IMG/VR virus record: IMGVR_UViG_3300020048_000040 | Span: 1-64,000 of that record | Source: a virus | DNA length: 64,000 nt | Strand: one strand, 5' to 3' | Shown here: positions 58,266 to 64,000 of the stretch, piece after piece | Layout of the letters: each line of letters begins with the position of its first letter | Numbering within the stretch: the first letter of the stretch is position 1 | Position numbers and translations under genes: made by a program | Notes under the pieces: generated by a model | Told to the model about the DNA's origin: nothing | Seen by the model: the letters and a program-made list of their open reading frames with translations, nothing else | The model's database searches: none

Positions 58266-61200
58266 TTGGCTTTAATTTCACACTATAAACTCGATGGTAA
58301 CGCAAATGATTCTATTGGTGGTAATAATGGAACAAATAGCGGAGCTACTTGGGTAACCGGTAAAATAGGGCAAGCGGCAAGTTTTTCTATTTCGACAAAT
58401 TGTGTATATGTAAGAAACTTTACTATGGGAGAAACGACTTCTGTTTCTGTTTGGGCTTACAATACGACGACATCTGGGAATAAAATGTTGTTCTCATTTA
58501 ACAGCTCTAATGGTCCAGACCTATACTTCACAGAGTCAACCATATGTTGGAACACAGGAGATGGAACTACTAATACTTTCATGAATGGATCCCAAGTAGC
58601 ACAACCCTCTATTAATGTGTGGCATCATTATGCTGTGGTAAATAGTCCTACATTAGGCGCTATTCTCTATGTGGACGGAGCTTACTACGGCACAGCATTG
58701 TATAGAAACTGTACGCAATCAAGTCAGTATTTTACAATAGGTAATTATTGTTCGCCTCCAAATTGGGCGTACTATTGGACTGGATATATCGATGACGTTA
58801 AAATATATAACCACGCTCTTTCTCCAAAGGAAATAAAGGAACTTTCCAAAGCCAAGATACTTCATTATAAATTTGACCAGTTGGAAGAATATACAACGAA
58901 TTTATGGACCAATCATACAACTCCTATATGGGTTAGTGCCTATAATGGAAATTACGGATTTGGGGTTGGAACAGATTTACAACAAGTAGCATATAATTCA
59001 GATACTATAGAAAAAGGTTCTGCCATAACAAAAGTCTCAAGAATAACTGGTGGAACCAATCAGGTAGATTATGTTGCTTGGGATATACCCTGTGCGGCAA
59101 ATACTACAAGAACTATAAGTTTTTGGTATTTTGGCTCATATGGGACTCAGATAACTCCCTATAATAATGATGGGCACGAAGCTATTTATTATCTGGATTC
59201 CAACGGAAATTGGCAAGGTGGGTCTACATCACAACCAGTCCCTGTAGTTGAAAAAAAGTGGCAGAGAATAGTTCTGAAAATTGTTGCTGATGCTACTGGT
59301 GGAACTATGACTTGGAATATTCTTCATAGTAACGCTTCACCTGCTGTTTTAGCAAATACAGAATATTGGTTATTTACAGGGTTACAGGTTGAGCTTAAAG
59401 ACCACGCGACTCCTTTTACAATAGGAACCCGTGCTGATGTAATAACAGATAGTAGTGGATATGGAAATAGTGGTGTAATAAATATAAATGGTCCTGCTTG
59501 GAAAACAGACGGTAAATTAGGTAAAGGTTATGTTAATTTTTCTATACAGAATGCCTATCAACCATATTGTGATTCAACAAGTTTTAGAAAGTTTCCGCTT
59601 TCAATAAGTGCTTGGGTTAAGACATCAGCATCTGGAACTTATTCTGGAATAGTTTGTATTACTTATGCTGTTTTATTTGTGATAGGAACAAATGGATTGA
59701 TTTCTTTTTCTTCATATGGAGGTGGATGGCAAACAGTTTATTCTTCTGGTCATACAAGTTTATATGATAATGTATGGCATCATGTAGCTATAACCTATAC
59801 GGGAACAGCAGTGGTTATTTATGTTGATGGTGTAAATCGAGGATCAGGAACAATAAATAACACTACTTGGAACTGGACTAATGGAGTTTATGTTGGGGTT
59901 GATCCTAATAATAGCGGAACTTCATTGATTGGTTCTATGGATGATGTTCGTATCTATATGAGTACTTTGAGTGCTTCTGATATTCTTGAACTCTATCAAA
60001 CCAGAGCTTCAATAGATAATCAGGGGGCATTGACTACTCAAAGTATTACAGAAATGGGATTATCGTATAAACCTTCGTTAGTTGATTATTCAACTTGGGT
60101 ACTGAATAAAAATAATTCTAGTCAATTAGGTTTTAATCTAATAACAGGTGAAGGGTCTGATTATATTACCAATAAAAAAAATCCCGTAGGAACTGATGAT
60201 ATCATTTGGGCTGTTATGAATAATGATGTCACCTCTGATGGAGATGGAGGGTGGAATGGAGGTACTTTTCCTGTTGACCCATCAAAGAAATATAGATTTT
60301 CTATATGGATAAGAAAAGAGAATATCGCAAATGGAAATTTATATTTTGGTTGCCTAGGAGATACAGTTGATATGCTTGGTACAACTACTGCTCAAGGAAA
60401 CCCTTATTTTGCTTATGGGGGATTGCCAGCTCTTGGTGAGTGGTATCTATTAGTAGCTTATGTTTGGCCTTCTTCCTATGCTTTAACTGTATCAGATACT
60501 ACAACTGGAATATATGCTACTTCTGGTTCTATTGCTTCTCCTATGGGTGGAAATAGTGGTTATGGTGGAGATTTTAAATGGCGATCAGGAATAACAGCTT
60601 CTTATTTAAGAGCTTATTTTTATTATTCCACTGACCCTAATGCTTATCAATATTTCTATAGACCAAGGGTTGACCTATGTGATGGTACAGAACCTACAAT
60701 AGGTGATTTATTGGCTTGTAGAGAAAATCCTGTATTGTTGACTAATACAGAAGCTCAGGGTTTGGTTTCAGAATACACAATGAATAGTGCATCTGGTTCA
60801 TCCTTGATTGATAGAATGAATAGATATAACGCTACATTATATAATACACCCTCTTTTGTTCCCGGCATATCTGGTAATGCTCTTCAGTTGAATGGTTCAA
60901 CACAATATGCTTTAGCTAATATAGCTACACCAATACGAGCAATTTCTGTATGGTTTAAACATGTCGTTGACACTAATGGTTTTGTTGGACTAATTACTGG
61001 TCAAGGTGGATGGTATTTGGGATTGGCAAATGGAACTGGTGGTCTTTCTGATGAAAGTATTCAATGGTCCAATGCCTCAACATTATTGATGTATGTCAGA
61101 AATGGTGAAACAGCATATCTGGACGATAAATGGCATCACGCTGTAGTTTCATTTGGAGGTAATAATAATTTCTGGATGGATGGTGTACTTCAATCAGTTA

Positions 61201-63458
61201 CCTATTCAACAGGAAGTTCCTCAACTGATGGAACTATAACCCTTAATAGTACAGAGATAGGAAAATACTATGGTTATACAAGTTATTTTACAGGTCTTAT
61301 TGGTGATGTTCGATTTTATAATAGGAATCTTACTCAAACAGATGTGAATCAACTTTTTGATAGTAAAGCCAAGCTTGAATCATCCGGTAATTATATAGCT
61401 TCTGAATTTTCTGAAACTGGCCCAAGTCAGGGACTGGTTGTTAACTATCAATGTGATATAGAGAAACCAAGGATTACTTTTAATTATACTGGAACAATAA
61501 CAAGGGATTCACAGAATAGGTTCTGGAAATCTTCTGGAGCCGATGCTTGGGATGCACATATTTATTCTTCAGAAGGTTATACAAATGGTTGTTATCTTTC
61601 TTTTAGAGTAAATGTTCCTACTAATGCAAGCTATATGATAGGTATAAATACTGATCCTCCTCTTAATGCTTCATATGCATCATTGGATTTTTGCTGGTAT
61701 ATGACAAAAACAACTAACAATTATTATGTTTATGAGAATGGTGTAAATCCTTACATTTCTGGTGTAGCGATGGCAACTGGAGATTTATTGGCTATAAGTT
61801 ATTGGGATGGCATAGTCACTTATTGGCTTAATGGTGTAGCTAAGAGAAGTGTAAATGCTGGATTTGGAAAAACTTTTTACTTGGATAGTTCTTTTGCTAC
61901 TCCTTTAACTTCTGGCCCTTATCAAGTTTATGACATTTATTTTGGTCAATATGCCCCTGATTTTCATGTACAGACCTTCTATGGAAATGGAACTTTCTAT
62001 CCTCCAAATGGAGTAACCTCTGTTGAAGCTTTGATTGTAGCTGGTGGAGGTGGTGGTGGAATGGATATGGGTGGTGGCGGTGGCGGTGGTGGAGTTATAT
62101 ATAACGCAAACGTAGCTGTACCATCTGCTTCAACATACCCTGTTGTAATAGGAGTTGGTGGAACTGGAGCGCCAGCGGCAGGTACATTTGGACAACCAGC
62201 AGGGCACCAATATACTGTTTCAGCTACCGCTGGAGCAAACTCTATTTTTGCAGGCTTGACAGCTACTGGCGGTGGATATGGTGGTTCTTCTGTTCATACT
62301 TATTTACCAAATTATGGTAACGGTGGTTCAGGTGGTTCAGGTGGTGGAGCTTCAGGTTATGCCAACGATAGTTCTTGGGACGGTTCAGGAGCCGCTTCTC
62401 CAGCAGGACAGGGAAACCGTGGAGGGAACTCTGGTGGGGCTTATTATTCTGGAGGTGGAGGTGGAGCTGGAGCCGCTGGTGCTGATGGACAAAACCGTCC
62501 CAATGGTGGGGATGGATTGGTATATAATTCAATATCTGCCTTCTATTGGGGTGGAGGTGGTGGTGGCTCTGCTTATTCTGGTAGTCTAAGTGGTGGTAAT
62601 GGAGGACTTGGCGGGGGTGGTGGTGGAGCTGTAGGAACAGGGGGTTCTGGGGGTATTGGTGGTATAAATAATGGTAGTGCTGGTACAGCAGGTCCAAACG
62701 AAGCTTGGGCAAATGTTCCCGGTGGTAATGCAGGTGCTAATACAGGTGGTGGAGGCGGTGGAGGCTCCCATTACAATGCCAATAATAAGGGTGGAGATGG
62801 TGGCTCTGGTATAGTAATGATAAAATACAAAAAACCAATCATAGATACTGTTGGTATAAATCACGGCATTCCTTATGGTGGGATAAGTATGGTTGATGGT
62901 CCTTCCAATAAGAAAGCTTTTATGTTTAATGGGGTGGATCAGTATATTCTTTTCCCAAAAATTAATCTTGGAACCAGTAATTTCACTTACTCATTTTGGG
63001 CAAAACATACAAGTATTACAACTAACAATACTTACTTTGAGAATGGGTTATATACTGATGGAATGCTATTCAGACAGAGTAGTTCTACTCTTTTGGATGT
63101 TTACGCTGATTATGCCGCTTCTAGTTGGACAACTACTTTTGGTTTTACTCCGACTATTGGAGTGTGGTATCACTTAATTGCGATGAGAGAAAATGGATTC
63201 TTTAAACTAATAATAAACGGTTCTCAAGTGGGTAGTTCTGTAGCGATGTCTACTCCTAATATAAGGCCAAGTGGCTCTCATTCTATAGGAATGTCAAATC
63301 ACTCAACTCCACAAAAATTAATCGGGTCAATAGCTGACTTCCGTATATATAATAGGGCACTTGATACAAAGGAAATTTCTACCCTCTATAATCTGAAACC
63401 AAGCAATATGTATATAGAGAGTGAAGGGATAGTTAATACAAGCTTACTAATTGAATAG
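58266..63458 (+). CDS. Multi-LamG virion protein with carbohydrate-binding-like and glycine-rich domains
   Basis: TTG start with AGGAG. Four LamG domains and VEALIVAGGGGGG...GGDGGSGIVMIKY domain. Confidence 0.85.
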   Translation: MALISHYKLDGNANDSIGGNNGTNSGATWVTGKIGQAASFSISTNCVYVRNFTMGETTSVSVWAYNTTTSGNKMLFSFNSSNGPDLYFTESTICWNTGDGTTNTFMNGSQVAQPSINVWHHYAVVNSPTLGAILYVDGAYYGTALYRNCTQSSQYFTIGNYCSPPNWAYYWTGYIDDVKIYNHALSPKEIKELSKAKILHYKFDQLEEYTTNLWTNHTTPIWVSAYNGNYGFGVGTDLQQVAYNSDTIEKGSAITKVSRITGGTNQVDYVAWDIPCAANTTRTISFWYFGSYGTQITPYNNDGHEAIYYLDSNGNWQGGSTSQPVPVVEKKWQRIVLKIVADATGGTMTWNILHSNASPAVLANTEYWLFTGLQVELKDHATPFTIGTRADVITDSSGYGNSGVININGPAWKTDGKLGKGYVNFSIQNAYQPYCDSTSFRKFPLSISAWVKTSASGTYSGIVCITYAVLFVIGTNGLISFSSYGGGWQTVYSSGHTSLYDNVWHHVAITYTGTAVVIYVDGVNRGSGTINNTTWNWTNGVYVGVDPNNSGTSLIGSMDDVRIYMSTLSASDILELYQTRASIDNQGALTTQSITEMGLSYKPSLVDYSTWVLNKNNSSQLGFNLITGEGSDYITNKKNPVGTDDIIWAVMNNDVTSDGDGGWNGGTFPVDPSKKYRFSIWIRKENIANGNLYFGCLGDTVDMLGTTTAQGNPYFAYGGLPALGEWYLLVAYVWPSSYALTVSDTTTGIYATSGSIASPMGGNSGYGGDFKWRSGITASYLRAYFYYSTDPNAYQYFYRPRVDLCDGTEPTIGDLLACRENPVLLTNTEAQGLVSEYTMNSASGSSLIDRMNRYNATLYNTPSFVPGISGNALQLNGSTQYALANIATPIRAISVWFKHVVDTNGFVGLITGQGGWYLGLANGTGGLSDESIQWSNASTLLMYVRNGETAYLDDKWHHAVVSFGGNNNFWMDGVLQSVTYSTGSSSTDGTITLNSTEIGKYYGYTSYFTGLIGDVRFYNRNLTQTDVNQLFDSKAKLESSGNYIASEFSETGPSQGLVVNYQCDIEKPRITFNYTGTITRDSQNRFWKSSGADAWDAHIYSSEGYTNGCYLSFRVNVPTNASYMIGINTDPPLNASYASLDFCWYMTKTTNNYYVYENGVNPYISGVAMATGDLLAISYWDGIVTYWLNGVAKRSVNAGFGKTFYLDSSFATPLTSGPYQVYDIYFGQYAPDFHVQTFYGNGTFYPPNGVTSVEALIVAGGGGGGMDMGGGGGGGGVIYNANVAVPSASTYPVVIGVGGTGAPAAGTFGQPAGHQYTVSATAGANSIFAGLTATGGGYGGSSVHTYLPNYGNGGSGGSGGGASGYANDSSWDGSGAASPAGQGNRGGNSGGAYYSGGGGGAGAAGADGQNRPNGGDGLVYNSISAFYWGGGGGGSAYSGSLSGGNGGLGGGGGGAVGTGGSGGIGGINNGSAGTAGPNEAWANVPGGNAGANTGGGGGGGSHYNANNKGGDGGSGIVMIKYKKPIIDTVGINHGIPYGGISMVDGPSNKKAFMFNGVDQYILFPKINLGTSNFTYSFWAKHTSITTNNTYFENGLYTDGMLFRQSSSTLLDVYADYAASSWTTTFGFTPTIGVWYHLIAMRENGFFKLIINGSQVGSSVAMSTPNIRPSGSHSIGMSNHSTPQKLIGSIADFRIYNRALDTKEISTLYNLKPSNMYIESEGIVNTSLLIE

Positions 63459-63469
63459 AGGAGAATAAA

Positions 63470-63859
63470 ATGACGAAAGAGAATCTTGAGAAAGCTAATG
63501 CGTTGAAGGAAAGGATAGCTGTTTATACCAGTTTCCTTGATTACTTCAAGCCTGTAGATATGACTATTTCTGCGGCAATTCCCGGTATGGACCCAACAAT
63601 GTATCCACCACCAGCAATGCCAACAACGTTTCCAAGCAAGATTTCATTGACTGCCAGTTATATACCCAGTGTCATAACACCTGAAGGAACAACTGAAGGA
63701 AAATGGGAAGTAGTATCAGCAAGTGGAATTACTGATAAGGAAATATTGGATTTGATAAATGAGTTGGCATCTTTGGAATTGAGTAGTATAGGTGGGTCTA
63801 TTGTAGATTCCGTATTGGAAAAGATAAGTAATATGCAAACAGAATTTGAAGCATTGTAA
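63470..63859 (+). CDS. Small acidic protein, possibly a fibre assembly chaperone
   Basis: 129 aa, GAGGAG RBS, sits between fibre genes. Confidence 0.6.
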   Translation: MTKENLEKANALKERIAVYTSFLDYFKPVDMTISAAIPGMDPTMYPPPAMPTTFPSKISLTASYIPSVITPEGTTEGKWEVVSASGITDKEILDLINELASLELSSIGGSIVDSVLEKISNMQTEFEAL

Positions 63860-63871
63860 AAAGAGGAAAAA

Positions 63872-64000
63872 ATGGCTGTATTAGGTTCTACTACTGTCTC
63901 GGGAAATCTATCTGTAAGTGGTATCGTTTCGAGTAATTCAACTACTGTGGCTGGAAATCTTACAGTAGGAGAAACAACAACCCTATCTGGTGCTAGTAGT
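63872..64000 (+). CDS. Start of next fibre-like protein (3' truncated)
   Basis: GAGG RBS, MAVLGSTTVSGNLSVSG...GNLTVG beta-repeat, open to the window edge. Confidence 0.7.
   Translation, partial: MAVLGSTTVSGNLSVSGIVSSNSTTVAGNLTVGETTTLSGASS

Noticed and set aside
43846-63458. Diversity-generating retroelement targeting the fibres
   Set aside because: No reverse transcriptase in the window, and no TR/VR pair differing only at adenines was seen.
1-64000. Stop-codon reassignment
   Set aside because: Long genes are uninterrupted in code 11, and TAG and TGA both end genes directly before the next RBS or start.

Overview
AT-rich fragment of a large contractile-tailed (myovirus-type, probably jumbo) bacteriophage genome using the standard genetic code. 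It holds a baseplate/tail module split into two divergent operons. The leftward operon encodes gp25-like, gp6/J-like, gpI-like and collar-like proteins. The rightward operon encodes gp2-like, hub, tape measure, tube-initiator-like, gp53/LysM-like and spike proteins, followed by three giant LamG/FN3/beta-repeat fibre proteins. Also present are more fibre genes, lysis candidates (Amidase_2 endolysin and a fully overlapped spanin-like pair), class II ribonucleotide reductase, dUTPase, a ClpP-like protease, a Hef-like homing endonuclease, and two paralogous families of probable protease-processed head/ejection proteins. Four sigma70-type promoters (three perfect, one near-consensus) precede non-structural genes, and a recurrent AAAG(A/T)TA(A/T) motif precedes virion genes. 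Most notable: (1) a 125-aa mini-intein at the NrdJ catalytic Cys that ends in Arg-Gly instead of His-Asn; (2) a miniaturised Ro60/TROVE protein that probably starts at a CTG missed by the ORF track; (3) two fibres with extreme, sharply bounded cysteine enrichment; (4) a lipobox-free pair of overlapped coiled-coil membrane proteins sharing one RBS; (5) promoters embedded in terminators. All family calls come from motif recognition by eye, not from database searches.
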